Shown here one piece after another: positions 23,998-32,968 of a stretch of 36,911 nucleotides of DNA. The stretch is taken from positions 1-36,911 of the IMG/VR virus record IMGVR_UViG_3300045988_065836. One strand, written 5' to 3'. A model generated the notes under the pieces. That model was given only the letters and a program-made list of their open reading frames with translations, did no database searches and had not been told where the DNA came from. The stretch comes from a virus. Numbering within the stretch: the first letter of the stretch is position 1; every line of letters begins with the position of its first letter. The position numbers were made by a program, and so were the translations under genes.

Positions 23998-25064
23998 GCA
24001 TCGAGATATACCCCAGCGACTTTTCCACCCGGTACGGCATTGGGTGCGCTATCAGCCTGTCGGAGACGCTGGAATACAACGACGTGGGAAAACTGACGTT
24101 GGTTGCGGATGCGGATGAGTACAACATCAAGGCTATCCGCAACGGGAACATTGTGTACGACACTGAGCTGAAAGCGACGTACATCATTGTTACGACCAAA
24201 ATCGAAACAGGCAGTAACCGAATCACCGCAAACGGGTATAGCGCCGACTGGCTGCTGAATCTACGAGTTGCCGCCGGCGACACAAGCCACAGGAAGATAA
24301 CGAATATCGAGAGCGGCGTGTATGATGTGGTCAATGCCAACCTGAGAGGGTTGGAAAAGCGCATCCAGACGGCGGCGATCAAGGGCCTGACTGAGGTGTA
24401 TCAGGGCGACGATGAGACCACGGCGGACGTGGATGAAAGCATTGTATACGGCGGGCAGCTGCTGGACGCCATTACCCCAGTGCTGGAATATGGCGAACTG
24501 GGGCGGCGGATGATCTGGGACGATGCAACCAAAAAATGGACGTTTGAAATCTACAAGGGTGTTGACCGCACTGAGGGCATCCACGCCGCTGTGTTTTCCG
24601 CCGAGCAGGGCACGGCAAAAAATCTGGTTATCACGCAGGACGACAAGGACTGGTACACAACGGCGTTTGTACGCTGGATGTGGGAAGGGGCTGCGCAGAT
24701 GCACCTTGTAGGGACTTGCGGTGCGAACGCCAGAGAACTGTGGGTGGAATCGTCTGTATCTGTCGAAGTGGAGAAGGGCGAGGACTATGCGACTACGAAG
24801 AAAAAGGCCATAGCTGAGGCTATGGACGCTTTGAAGGAGCAGAACAAGCGGCAGAGCTTCACGGTGACCATTGCACCGGAGGATTTCGGGACGTTGTATG
24901 GAATGGGCGATATCGTGTCGTGCGTATCCGTGCTGCACAACATCAAATTTACGGCCAGAGTGACCGGAATCAAATGCACTGGCGATATCCGGGAGCGGAA
25001 AATGGAAATCGTTCTGGGCGAACCGGAAATGACGATAATGGAGTTGATCAAACGAAATGGCTGA
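23994..25064 (+). CDS. Tail tip/minor structural protein (siphovirus Gp37-like)
   Basis: ATGA overlap with Dit. 356 aa with an N-terminus typical of Gp37-like tail proteins. Confidence 0.6.
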   Translation: MSIEIYPSDFSTRYGIGCAISLSETLEYNDVGKLTLVADADEYNIKAIRNGNIVYDTELKATYIIVTTKIETGSNRITANGYSADWLLNLRVAAGDTSHRKITNIESGVYDVVNANLRGLEKRIQTAAIKGLTEVYQGDDETTADVDESIVYGGQLLDAITPVLEYGELGRRMIWDDATKKWTFEIYKGVDRTEGIHAAVFSAEQGTAKNLVITQDDKDWYTTAFVRWMWEGAAQMHLVGTCGANARELWVESSVSVEVEKGEDYATTKKKAIAEAMDALKEQNKRQSFTVTIAPEDFGTLYGMGDIVSCVSVLHNIKFTARVTGIKCTGDIRERKMEIVLGEPEMTIMELIKRNG

Positions 25065-25953
25065 AATCAGAAGTTTTCCAAATAACCAAGACACCTACAT
25101 TGGGGCCGAGGAGGTCATGCGGTGGCTGCATGGACGAACATCCGGCGTTTTTGCGGCGGCTGGGAACGCTGCTGTGGCTGCTCTGGAAACGCCCGGCATG
25201 GCGGTAACAGTGACGGACGGCACGGGATGGCTTACAGATGCAGGCGGAAACGGCGTGGTATGGTGGAATGATACCGAGAAGACCACCGGCGCAAAATTGA
25301 TACTGAACGTGGAAATGGCCGATGCAGTGCTTGACCGTATCGACCGGGTCATTGTGGAATGGGAAACTACAAACTATGTTGATCTGCCGGAAATCAAGGT
25401 GCTGAAGGGCACAGCGTCCAGCACAGCGGAAGCACCGGCGCTGACCAATAACAGCACTGTGCGGCAGATCAGCCTTGCACGGGTGGCCGTAGGGGCTGGC
25501 ATCACGGCGGTGACGGCCAGCATGATCACGGACGAGCGGCTAGATCCCTCCGTCTGCGGACTGGTAACGGATGGCCTATCCATTGACACCACAACAATCA
25601 ACGCCCAATATACGGCATTACTGGACAACCTGGCCCAGGAGCTTGCCAACTTAGAAGCCGGTACGGCGGTGGAGCTGAAAAAGCTTGCATTCGCCAATAC
25701 GGCGGTTGCTGTATCAACCTGGGCCGAAGACAGCACATATGAGGATTACCCGTACCGAGCAGCAGTGGCGCTGAGCGGCGTAACGGCGGCGATGATCCCC
25801 GAGGTGGTGTTCGGGTTGGCGGCTATGAGCGAGAACAGCTTTGCACCAGTGGCGGAGTGCTACAACGGCGGCGTATACATCTACGCTGCGGACGTGCCGG
25901 AATCCACAATCACGATACCCACAATTATCTGTTGGAGGGGGGCGGCTGCATGA
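25057..25953 (+). CDS. Tail/baseplate structural protein
   Basis: Overlaps the upstream gene. Contains ITDERLDPSVCG, a motif common in Clostridial phage fibre-like proteins. Confidence 0.5.
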   Translation: MAEIRSFPNNQDTYIGAEEVMRWLHGRTSGVFAAAGNAAVAALETPGMAVTVTDGTGWLTDAGGNGVVWWNDTEKTTGAKLILNVEMADAVLDRIDRVIVEWETTNYVDLPEIKVLKGTASSTAEAPALTNNSTVRQISLARVAVGAGITAVTASMITDERLDPSVCGLVTDGLSIDTTTINAQYTALLDNLAQELANLEAGTAVELKKLAFANTAVAVSTWAEDSTYEDYPYRAAVALSGVTAAMIPEVVFGLAAMSENSFAPVAECYNGGVYIYAADVPESTITIPTIICWRGAAA

Positions 25954-26663
25954 TCGGACGCACAAATGCGGGATTTGGCGGCGGTGGCGGCGGGCTGCGA
26001 GTAACCGTAGGGCTTACCGCCCCTGTGAACCCACGGGAGAATACCGTGTGGGTAAAATCCGACAAGGCCGGGAAGAAGTACGTCTTTGCGGAGGACGCGC
26101 CGGAAGCGCCTTTTGAGGGGCTGATCTGGTTCAGTGCCACGGGGGACGGGATCATCACGCAGGTCAACGTCTATGCCGATGGCGCGTGGAACCGGGTGGA
26201 TGCGTATATGTACCTGTCCGGGGCCTGGGTGCACATTGCAAGCTCGATCGTGTACCTGTACAACAAAGGCGACACCTGCGATGCGGTGTCTGGCGGCTGG
26301 GAAGCAGCGCAATGGTACATAAACAGTGGATCTACCGGATCAGTCCCCAGACTTACGGAGGGAGCCAGCAGCCTTGCGGTTAGCTATACCGGAAAAGACG
26401 GCCTGTTGGACGCCCGCGCATCGGTAAACCTGGATAAGATCAGAAAGGTGTGCGCTGTGATCAGCGACAACGGCAGCGCCAAAAGCGCCCTTGCTGTGTC
26501 TGCGGGTTCCGGCGCAATCGGATTCCCACCAAATGTTAAGGCGTCCAAATCCCTTTTCAACGGTACTGTGGAACTGGACGTGAGCGCTTTGAGCGGGAAT
26601 CACTTTGTGGGCTTCTTGGTACTTGGGAACTTTACCGTTGAGGCCGTTTGGCTATCCTACTGA
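25950..26663 (+). CDS. Tail structural protein (hypothetical)
   Basis: ATGA overlap at 25950. Begins MIGRTNAGFGGGGGGL. 237 aa. Confidence 0.5.
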   Translation: MIGRTNAGFGGGGGGLRVTVGLTAPVNPRENTVWVKSDKAGKKYVFAEDAPEAPFEGLIWFSATGDGIITQVNVYADGAWNRVDAYMYLSGAWVHIASSIVYLYNKGDTCDAVSGGWEAAQWYINSGSTGSVPRLTEGASSLAVSYTGKDGLLDARASVNLDKIRKVCAVISDNGSAKSALAVSAGSGAIGFPPNVKASKSLFNGTVELDVSALSGNHFVGFLVLGNFTVEAVWLSY

Positions 26664-26678
26664 TGCGGGAGGCGCGAT

Positions 26679-27020
26679 ATGCAAATTTATATTGATGCTG
26701 ATTTTAAGTGCCATACTGCCCTGAAGGAGGGACGGACAGCGCTTGAAACCGATTTTTTTGAGGACATGTGCGCCGCCTATATCGAGGGCTACCGCTTTGT
26801 CCCGGCCGGGAAGACCTGGACGGCAGCGGACGGCACGGTGTATTCCGGCGAAATGATTACTCCCTGGAAGCCCTGGGCGGAGCTGGACGCCGCCCAACGT
26901 GCCTATGAGCGGGAGCGCGCCGCCGCGCTGGAGGCCCAGAACGCCGAGCTATTGGATGCCATGGCCAGTATGGTGGAGGACGTTTACAACCAAGATGTTG
27001 CAGTAATTGAGGGGGAGTGA
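26679..27020 (+). CDS. Hypothetical tail-module protein
   Basis: GGGAGG RBS. 113 aa. Confidence 0.5.
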   Translation: MQIYIDADFKCHTALKEGRTALETDFFEDMCAAYIEGYRFVPAGKTWTAADGTVYSGEMITPWKPWAELDAAQRAYERERAAALEAQNAELLDAMASMVEDVYNQDVAVIEGE

Positions 27021-27069
27021 CGGTATGTTTACCGTATCCATAAATATTTTTCATTGGAGGAACTTTATT

Positions 27070-27261
27070 ATGTACAAGTCTATGAAAATCTTAATCACAA
27101 GACATTTTTACAAGGCCGGCGAGATCGCCCAGAACAAGCTGGATGTGTTCTTCGCCTGCAATCGGCTGAGTGACGACGAATACACCGAGCTGACGGCCCT
27201 GGTGGAGACGGTCTACGGCGCGGATGCATCCGCAGAGGACACCCCCGAGGCCGAGGCGTAA
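27070..27261 (+). CDS. XkdX-like small protein
   Basis: GGAGGA RBS. 63 aa, with FFACNRLSDDEYTELTALV resembling XkdX-family proteins that precede fibre genes. Confidence 0.45.
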   Translation: MYKSMKILITRHFYKAGEIAQNKLDVFFACNRLSDDEYTELTALVETVYGADASAEDTPEAEA

Positions 27262-27279
27262 AGGAAAGGAGGCAGCGGC

Positions 27280-27690
27280 ATGGTGCCGAAGCAAGTTGTG
27301 CCGGACCGGCGCGGACTGGTAGAAATCGGAAAAATCAAGGAAAACCTGGTAACGGAGGTTGCCTTTGACTGCGCTGATCTGGGCGACGGAAGCGGGGCCT
27401 ATGCCGTTGTCTTTCAGCGGCCCAAGGACGCGGCCCCCTACCCCGTGGCGTTCCGGGCCGAGTGGCCGAGCATCGTCTGGGTGGTCCAGGCCGCCGACAC
27501 TGCCAAGCCCGGGACCGGCAAGGTGGAAATCCGGTGGTATGGTGACGGGCACCAGGTGGGCAAATCCAAGACCTACATGGTACGCATTACCGACGGGCTC
27601 CCCGACCCCACCGAGGCCCCGGAAGCCTGGGAGGGCTTTATGGGGGAGGTTGCCCGGAATGCCCAGGCGGCGCAAACCGCAGCGGGATAG
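27280..27690 (+). CDS. Tail fibre, N-terminal segment, ending at an in-frame TAG
   Basis: AAAGGAGG RBS. The Ig-like anchor region runs into an Ala/Gln-rich coil (ARNAQAAQTAAG) and stops at TAG 27688. Confidence 0.75.
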   Translation: MVPKQVVPDRRGLVEIGKIKENLVTEVAFDCADLGDGSGAYAVVFQRPKDAAPYPVAFRAEWPSIVWVVQAADTAKPGTGKVEIRWYGDGHQVGKSKTYMVRITDGLPDPTEAPEAWEGFMGEVARNAQAAQTAAG

Positions 27691-28722
27691 GCCAAGACCA
27701 ACGCAGACGGCGCGGCGGCATCCGCCGGGATTGCCCAGGATGCAGCCGCGGAGGCCGGAAAGTTGGCCGGGGCTGCCGGAGGGGCTGCCAACGCTGCGGC
27801 GAGTGCTGCATCCGCTGCATCCAGCGCCCAGGCCGGGGCAGAGACCGCCGCACAGAACGCCCGGGCGGCTGCGGAAGCCGCCGAGACGGCCAGGAGCGGC
27901 GCAGAGGCGGCGAAACTTGCCGCTGCGGAATCGGCCACGGGTGCGGCAGGAAGCGCGGAAGCAGCCGCACAGGCTGCCCAGAAGGGCGAAAACCTGTACA
28001 ATCAAGTAAAAGCCGATTTGGCCGCCGGGAAGCTGAAAGGTGAAAAGGGCGATAAGGGAGACCCCGGCAAGGACGCGCCGCAGATTGACGATAGCGTGGT
28101 ATCCGCCGAAAACCCGTGGAGCAGCCGCCATATTGTCGAGACGCTGTGCCCGCCCATTGCAGAAACCGGCAACCCCGTGACGTGCTACCCGGTAGCTGGG
28201 TATCCGCTGGGGGTGGTGGCATCGTTTGCGCCCACCCAGGCGGGAGAGGGCGAGCCGTACCCGGCGGGAGGAGGGCCGCAGATGCTGGATATATCCAGGT
28301 GCACGGCCACTGTGGGCAAGCCCTACGGCCTTACAATCACCATAGACGGAGACGTTATCAAGTGCAGCGGCGTGCCGTCTGCGGAGGTGGCAGAGAAAAA
28401 GGTCTACTCTTTCGCCGTGGCTTCGTCCGCCCAGGAAGAGCTGCGGGGAAAGGGGTACAAGGTCACGGCGTGGCCCATCAATGGCAAAGTGTCCAACGCC
28501 TGGGGCCTGCGGACGGCTGACGAGTCATCGTTGGCGATTGCCGCCGAGCTGTCACCTGGGGTAGACACGGATATACAGCTGCGGCTGATGGTATCCAAGG
28601 ATACGCCCACATCCTACGCTCCGTACGAAAACATCCGGCCGATCAGCGGGCGGGATAGCGTCAGCGTGGAGCGGTGCGGGGGGGCAGCTGCTAAGCTATT
28701 CGCAACCAATCGAAACGGATAG
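27691..28722 (+). CDS. Tail fibre, central segment (same frame as 27280..27690; possible restart at TTG 27763)
   Basis: The frame is open immediately after the TAG (AKTNADGAAASAGIAQDAAAEAGK...). Contains an Ala-rich coil and a GEKGDKGDPGKD collagen-like stretch. GGAGG lies 8 nt before TTG 27763. Confidence 0.7.
   Translation, partial: AKTNADGAAASAGIAQDAAAEAGKLAGAAGGAANAAASAASAASSAQAGAETAAQNARAAAEAAETARSGAEAAKLAAAESATGAAGSAEAAAQAAQKGENLYNQVKADLAAGKLKGEKGDKGDPGKDAPQIDDSVVSAENPWSSRHIVETLCPPIAETGNPVTCYPVAGYPLGVVASFAPTQAGEGEPYPAGGGPQMLDISRCTATVGKPYGLTITIDGDVIKCSGVPSAEVAEKKVYSFAVASSAQEELRGKGYKVTAWPINGKVSNAWGLRTADESSLAIAAELSPGVDTDIQLRLMVSKDTPTSYAPYENIRPISGRDSVSVERCGGAAAKLFATNRNG
28678..28684. repeat. 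Poly-G tract (G7) at the frame junction inside the tail fibre locus
   Basis: tgcGGGGGGGcagc, read directly. Loss of one G fuses 27691..28684 to 28685..29836. Confidence 0.95.
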
Positions 28723-29836
28723 CGACATTGTTGTAGGCCTTGAGTCTCCTGCGAGGACGCTGCTCTTGGCGAATTCCGTGCGAGGCCAGAAGCTCGAGGT
28801 ATCTTTCGAGCTGGAAACAGCAAACGTCGAATGGATGGATGCCGATGAAGTTTGGCGGCGCAGAATTGGATTTGAAGCGACTATCACAAAAGCATCGGAT
28901 GGACGGGTGAATTATAACTTTGCTTGCTGGATTGCATCGAACAGCGACGAGTTCAAGGCAACTGGAAAGTTCACGGTGAAAAAAGTGATTACCCTGTTTG
29001 ATGATAGGTATACAGCGTCAGGTGGATTTAAGTTCTATGTGCAAAACATGAAATCTGGGCGAGTAAAAGCAACCAATTTGTCCATCAAATTGATGCAAAA
29101 TACCGCCTACGCCCCCTACCGTGGCGATACGCTGGATTTGCAGCTGCCGTCTACCATCTACGGTGGCAGCTTGGATGCGGTGACGGGAGAGGGGGAACAT
29201 AAATGGGGACTGGTAACCTTTGACGGGAGCGAGGCGTGGACTATAGGCGGACTTGCTGCCGACAAAAGAGACTGGTATTACGTATCCCCGAAAATTGTCG
29301 ATGCAATCAACGAAATGCCGAAATCTGGGAACGAAATATGCAGCCATTACCCACATTATGATGTGTCGAACAACAATACAGGCAAGGGCTGCGCATTGGT
29401 GTGGGGGGCCTTCCGGGTGAGATGGGGTGATATAATCCCCGAGAACACAGATGCCTGGAAATCCTACCTCGCCGCCCAGGCCGCAGCCGGAACCCCGGTG
29501 CAAATTGCGTACAAGCTGGCAACCCCCACTCCATTCACGGCTACGGGGAACGGGCCCATCATGCCGCTGGAAGGCGAGACCAACACCATCATGACGGATG
29601 CTGATACCGTGACTGTCACCGGGCGGGCAGACCCGGCCCACGCCATTGCGGCGCTGCAAGCACAGTTGGCCGTTGCCACGCAGCAGCTTGCCGAGACGCA
29701 GGCGGCGATGGTGGACACCACGGCTATGGCGGTGGACTATATCTATCAACAGGATTTGGAGGATATTGGACTGGAGGAGGTTGACGACAGTGACAATCAA
29801 ACAGATACAGAGCCTGTTGACGTACCTGGGGTATAA
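28685..29836 (+). CDS. Tail fibre, C-terminal (receptor-binding?) segment in the +1 frame (possible restart at TTG 28766)
   Basis: The +1 frame is open from the G7 tract (QLLSYSQPIETDSDIVVGLESPARTLLLANSVRGQKLEVSFELE...) to TAA 29834-29836. Confidence 0.7.
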   Translation, partial: QLLSYSQPIETDSDIVVGLESPARTLLLANSVRGQKLEVSFELETANVEWMDADEVWRRRIGFEATITKASDGRVNYNFACWIASNSDEFKATGKFTVKKVITLFDDRYTASGGFKFYVQNMKSGRVKATNLSIKLMQNTAYAPYRGDTLDLQLPSTIYGGSLDAVTGEGEHKWGLVTFDGSEAWTIGGLAADKRDWYYVSPKIVDAINEMPKSGNEICSHYPHYDVSNNNTGKGCALVWGAFRVRWGDIIPENTDAWKSYLAAQAAAGTPVQIAYKLATPTPFTATGNGPIMPLEGETNTIMTDADTVTVTGRADPAHAIAALQAQLAVATQQLAETQAAMVDTTAMAVDYIYQQDLEDIGLEEVDDSDNQTDTEPVDVPGV

Positions 29837-30392
29837 TCCCGGGGCCGTGGACGGGGCAGACGGGGCCAACACCCAGGCGGCGGTAAAGCGTTTTCAGCAG
29901 GCCGAGGGGCTAGGCGTGGACGGGATCGCGGGCAAGGCGACCCAGGCGGCGCTCCTGGCGGCGGTTGCGGCTGGGCGGGTGTATGTGCCGCCTGGCGATA
30001 CTAGCGGGACTGGGGCCACGTCCGTGGGCGCTGGGGCGGACTGGTGGGGGGACATTAAATACTTTACCAGGGACGAGCCATACATTGCCTGCTCCTGCGG
30101 CAAGTGCGGCGGCTTCCCGGTGGAGCCTGCGGAAAAGCTGATGCGGCTTGCGGATGCTGTGCGGGAGACGGCGGGAAAGCCCATGATTCCAACCAGCACA
30201 GTGCGGTGCAAGACCCACAACGCAGAGGTTGGGGGAGTGTGGAACTCCCGGCACCTGCTGGGGCACGCTATGGATTTCCGCATTCCGGGGCTGTCGGCGG
30301 CTGAGGTGCTGGGCATCGTGCGGCAGCAGAAAAACGTGGTGTACTGCTACGCGATTGATGCGCAGCATGTGCATATGGATATTGGGAATTAG
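29790..30392 (+). CDS. Endolysin: PG_binding_1 domain plus M15-family zinc peptidase
   Basis: GTG 29790 follows GGAGGAGG. LGYNPGAVDGADGANTQAAVKRFQQAEGLGVDGIAG is the peptidoglycan-binding domain. CKTHNAEVGGVWNSRHLLGHAMDF...HVHMD is the M15 metal site. Confidence 0.85.
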   Translation: MTIKQIQSLLTYLGYNPGAVDGADGANTQAAVKRFQQAEGLGVDGIAGKATQAALLAAVAAGRVYVPPGDTSGTGATSVGAGADWWGDIKYFTRDEPYIACSCGKCGGFPVEPAEKLMRLADAVRETAGKPMIPTSTVRCKTHNAEVGGVWNSRHLLGHAMDFRIPGLSAAEVLGIVRQQKNVVYCYAIDAQHVHMDIGN

Positions 30393-30405
30393 GAGGAAGA
30401 AGAAA

Positions 30406-30705
30406 TTGAACGAATGGCTGAAAACAGCCGTTACCATTCTGGTAACGCTGCTGGGTTCGGCGGGCTTCTGGGGGTATCTGGAGGCCCGCCGGACGAAGAA
30501 AAGCGCAAATACCCGGCTGCTGGTGGGTATTGCCCACGACCGTATCGTTTATCTGGGGATGAAGTACATCGAACGTGGATACATCACCAAAGACGAATAT
30601 GAAAACCTCAACGACTACTTATACGAGCCATACGCCGCCGCTGGTGGAAATGGCTCTGCAAAAAGAGTTATGGATGAAGTACACAAAATACCGTTGCATA
30701 ATTAA
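30406..30705 (+). CDS. Membrane protein in the lysis cassette (TTG start)
   Basis: AGGAGG (30391-30396) lies 9 nt before TTG 30406. N-terminal TM segment TAVTILVTLLGSAGFWGYL. Confidence 0.5.
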   Translation: MNEWLKTAVTILVTLLGSAGFWGYLEARRTKKSANTRLLVGIAHDRIVYLGMKYIERGYITKDEYENLNDYLYEPYAAAGGNGSAKRVMDEVHKIPLHN

Positions 30706-30718
30706 GGAGGAAAACAAA

Positions 30719-30967
30719 ATGTACGAACTGAAAGACACTATCGAGGGCATGACAAGCGCTGACTATAAGGAGCGCTTTAAGGCCGAGTACCAGCAGGTAA
30801 AAATCCGGTACGACAAACTGGACGCAATGACCGTGAAGTACGAGGCAGGAACGTTGCCGTTCACCCCCAACTGCTCGCTCGATCTTCTGAAGGAGCAGAA
30901 GAAGTACATGGGGAATTACATTCGTTGCCTGAAAATCCGCGCTGAGATCGAGGGCATTACGCTTTAA
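30719..30967 (+). CDS. Hypothetical small protein in the lysis cassette
   Basis: AAGGAGG RBS. The 82-aa product begins MYELKDTIEGMTSADYKERFKAEYQQ. Confidence 0.6.
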   Translation: MYELKDTIEGMTSADYKERFKAEYQQVKIRYDKLDAMTVKYEAGTLPFTPNCSLDLLKEQKKYMGNYIRCLKIRAEIEGITL

Positions 30968-30980
30968 GGAGAAATAAAAA

Positions 30981-31238
30981 ATGATTAACTGGACTGTGCG
31001 TATCAAGAACAAGAACTTCTGGCTGGCGGTAATTCCCGCCGTACTGCTGCTGATTCAGGCCGTGGCCGCCGTGTTCGGATTCACCTTGGACCTGGGCGAC
31101 ATCGGCAATAAGCTGATTGCTGTGGTAAACGCGGTATTCGGCGTGCTGGTGGTGCTGGGCGTGGTCGTTGATCCTACCACGGCGGGCATCTCTGATAGCA
31201 AGCAGGCACGCGGGTATAATTGGCCGAAGGAGGATTGA
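30981..31238 (+). CDS. Holin (phage phi-LC3 family)
   Basis: MINWTVRIKNKNFWLAVIPAVLLLIQ...VVDPTTAGISDSKQARGY matches the phi-LC3 holin pattern. Confidence 0.82.
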   Translation: MINWTVRIKNKNFWLAVIPAVLLLIQAVAAVFGFTLDLGDIGNKLIAVVNAVFGVLVVLGVVVDPTTAGISDSKQARGYNWPKED

Positions 31239-31245
31239 CGGCTGA

Positions 31246-31482
31246 GTGGACAAATCCCGGATTAACCGGGTGATCGTGGAAGAATTTGACCGGCTCGCAT
31301 TTTTGACCGAGCTGGAAAAGGGAATCCTAATCACCCGGGCCGCCGGGAAAAGCCAATATTGGCAAACGCAGAAATACAATGTGTCCCAAGTCACAGTTAC
31401 CAGGGCCGTCCAACGACTGCAACGGAAATACGATGCAGTAAAGGGGTTTAGTGCCATACTCCCGGACGACCTGATTATTTGA
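31246..31482 (+). CDS. Sigma-70 region-4-like HTH protein
   Basis: GTG start follows GAAGGAGGA. LTELEKGILITRAAGKSQYWQTQKYNVSQVTVTRAVQRLQRKY. Confidence 0.5.
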   Translation: MDKSRINRVIVEEFDRLAFLTELEKGILITRAAGKSQYWQTQKYNVSQVTVTRAVQRLQRKYDAVKGFSAILPDDLII

Positions 31483-31506
31483 TCGCAAAATGACGATTTT
31501 TTAAGC

Positions 31507-31548
31507 AAAAACAGGCGAAACGATGCTGATTCGTTCGCCTGTTTTTTT
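31507..31548 (+). terminator. Strong rho-independent terminator ending the late/lysis operon
   Basis: CAGGCGAA(A)CG (31512-31522) / CGTTCGCCTG (31532-31541), then a T7 run. An A-run lies upstream. Confidence 0.8.
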
Positions 31549-31573
31549 GTTACCATAAAAGCGGAAAGGGGCG

Positions 31574-31960
31574 ATGCCTATGGGCGAATTCCACAGTTTC
31601 AATCCAAACCCCCGGGCAGCAAAAGTCGGGGATTGCGCCGTCAGAGCAGTTGCAAAGGCCCTGGGTATCAGCTGGTACGAGGCATATACCCTACTTGCGG
31701 CTGAGGGCCTGGAACAATGCGATATGCCCAGCGCAAACAACGTATGGGGCGCGGTGCTTCGAAAAAACGGATTCCGGCGAGCGGCAATACCGGCAGAATG
31801 CCCGGACTGCTACACCGTGCGGGATTTTATCCGGGAATACCCAGCGGGAACATACGTTGTCGCCCTGAAAAACCACGTCGTAACTGTCTGCGACGGCGAA
31901 TTATACGATACCTGGAACTCAATGGACGAAAACCCAATCTATTTTTGGAGGCGTGAATGA
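31574..31960 (+). CDS. Putative papain-like cysteine peptidase fold protein
   Basis: Candidate catalytic residues are Cys in VGDCAVRAV, His in KNHVVTV and Asp in YDTWNS. The start may instead be 31580. Confidence 0.45.
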   Translation: MPMGEFHSFNPNPRAAKVGDCAVRAVAKALGISWYEAYTLLAAEGLEQCDMPSANNVWGAVLRKNGFRRAAIPAECPDCYTVRDFIREYPAGTYVVALKNHVVTVCDGELYDTWNSMDENPIYFWRRE

Positions 31961-32952
31961 TGGCAAACCCCTATATGCAGCCCAATTACCAAGGCGGCTA
32001 TTTCCAGCCGAACTATTTCAGCCCGCAAATGCAGCCGATGCAGCAGACGCAAATGCCGATGCAGGGACAGCAGGCCCCGCAGGACGACCGGAATGTGCTG
32101 CAATCGGTTATCCGTGGTCACAACGCAAAGCCCATGGTATTCCGCAGCTTCAACCCGCCTATGAGCATGAGCAATTGGGCAAACCAGTTTATCACAGAGC
32201 CAGATACCCAGGCTCTTACATTCCACACTGACTATACTATGATTCCGCCGGACTGGCTGGGAGATGCCTTTATTCTGGAAGCGGAGCGCCTAAAGGCCAC
32301 AAACCCCAAAGCATTCGAGCATGAGTATTTGGGCATTGCTACCGGCACAGGTGCGGAAGTATTCCCGGCACTGGAAGTGCGGGAGATCACCCCCGAAGAA
32401 ATCCAGAACATGGAATATTTCTTTTACGGCGTGGATTTCGGTTTTGCCGCTGATCCGGCGTGCTTCCTCCGGTGCAGCTATGACCGGAAGCATGAAACCA
32501 TTTACCTGCTGAACGAAATCTACAAGCGTGGCCTCTCGAACAGGCAACTTGCGGCAGAAATCAAGCCCCTTATTGATGGGGACAGCCCCGGCAGCGTCTA
32601 CAACGAGTTCTACCATGAATTTCTCCAAGGCAGCCCGCCACCCGTCTACTGCGACGCAGCAGAACCGAAAAGCATTGCCGACCTCCGGGACAGCGGAATC
32701 AAAAAAGCCCTGGCCTGCCACAAGGAGCCGGGATGTGTAGAATACCGGGTGAAGTGGTTGCAGCACCGGCGCATTGTCGTAGACCCAGCCAGAACGCCCA
32801 ACGCTGCAAGGGAACTTGCAAACTACGAGTACGAGAAGGATAAGGACGGCAACATTCTAAGCCGTCTACCAGACAAAGACAACCACAGTATTGACAGCCT
32901 GGCCTATGCCCTGGATAGGGAAATCTACCACCGCAAGGGCCAGAGCGCATAA
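31957..32952 (+). CDS. Second, N-terminally truncated terminase-large-subunit homologue (nuclease domain only) with a Q/P/Y-rich N-terminus
   Basis: FRSFNPP...HTDY...NPKAFEHEYLG, GVDFGFAADP, VYCDAAEPKSIADLR, DKDNHSIDSLAYAL parallel the C-terminal half of a PBSX TerL. There is no Walker A or B. The first 45 aa are MMANPYMQPNYQGGYFQPNYFSPQMQPMQQTQMPMQGQQAPQDD. Confidence 0.8.
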   Translation: MMANPYMQPNYQGGYFQPNYFSPQMQPMQQTQMPMQGQQAPQDDRNVLQSVIRGHNAKPMVFRSFNPPMSMSNWANQFITEPDTQALTFHTDYTMIPPDWLGDAFILEAERLKATNPKAFEHEYLGIATGTGAEVFPALEVREITPEEIQNMEYFFYGVDFGFAADPACFLRCSYDRKHETIYLLNEIYKRGLSNRQLAAEIKPLIDGDSPGSVYNEFYHEFLQGSPPPVYCDAAEPKSIADLRDSGIKKALACHKEPGCVEYRVKWLQHRRIVVDPARTPNAARELANYEYEKDKDGNILSRLPDKDNHSIDSLAYALDREIYHRKGQSA

Positions 32953-32968
32953 GGAGGAACTTATACAT

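Noticed and set aside
27091-28222. Multiple long ORFs in all frames and both strands across the Ala-rich fibre region (for example 27359..28009 and 27091..28131)
   Set aside because: They are artefacts of the GCN-rich repeat coding for the Ala coil. The products are Pro/Arg/Gly-rich. Only the frame continuous with the fibre N-terminus has an RBS and sensible flanking domains.
28766-29836. A diversity-generating retroelement acting on the fibre C-terminus
   Set aside because: There is no reverse transcriptase gene, and I saw no template-repeat copy of the fibre 3' region elsewhere in the genome.
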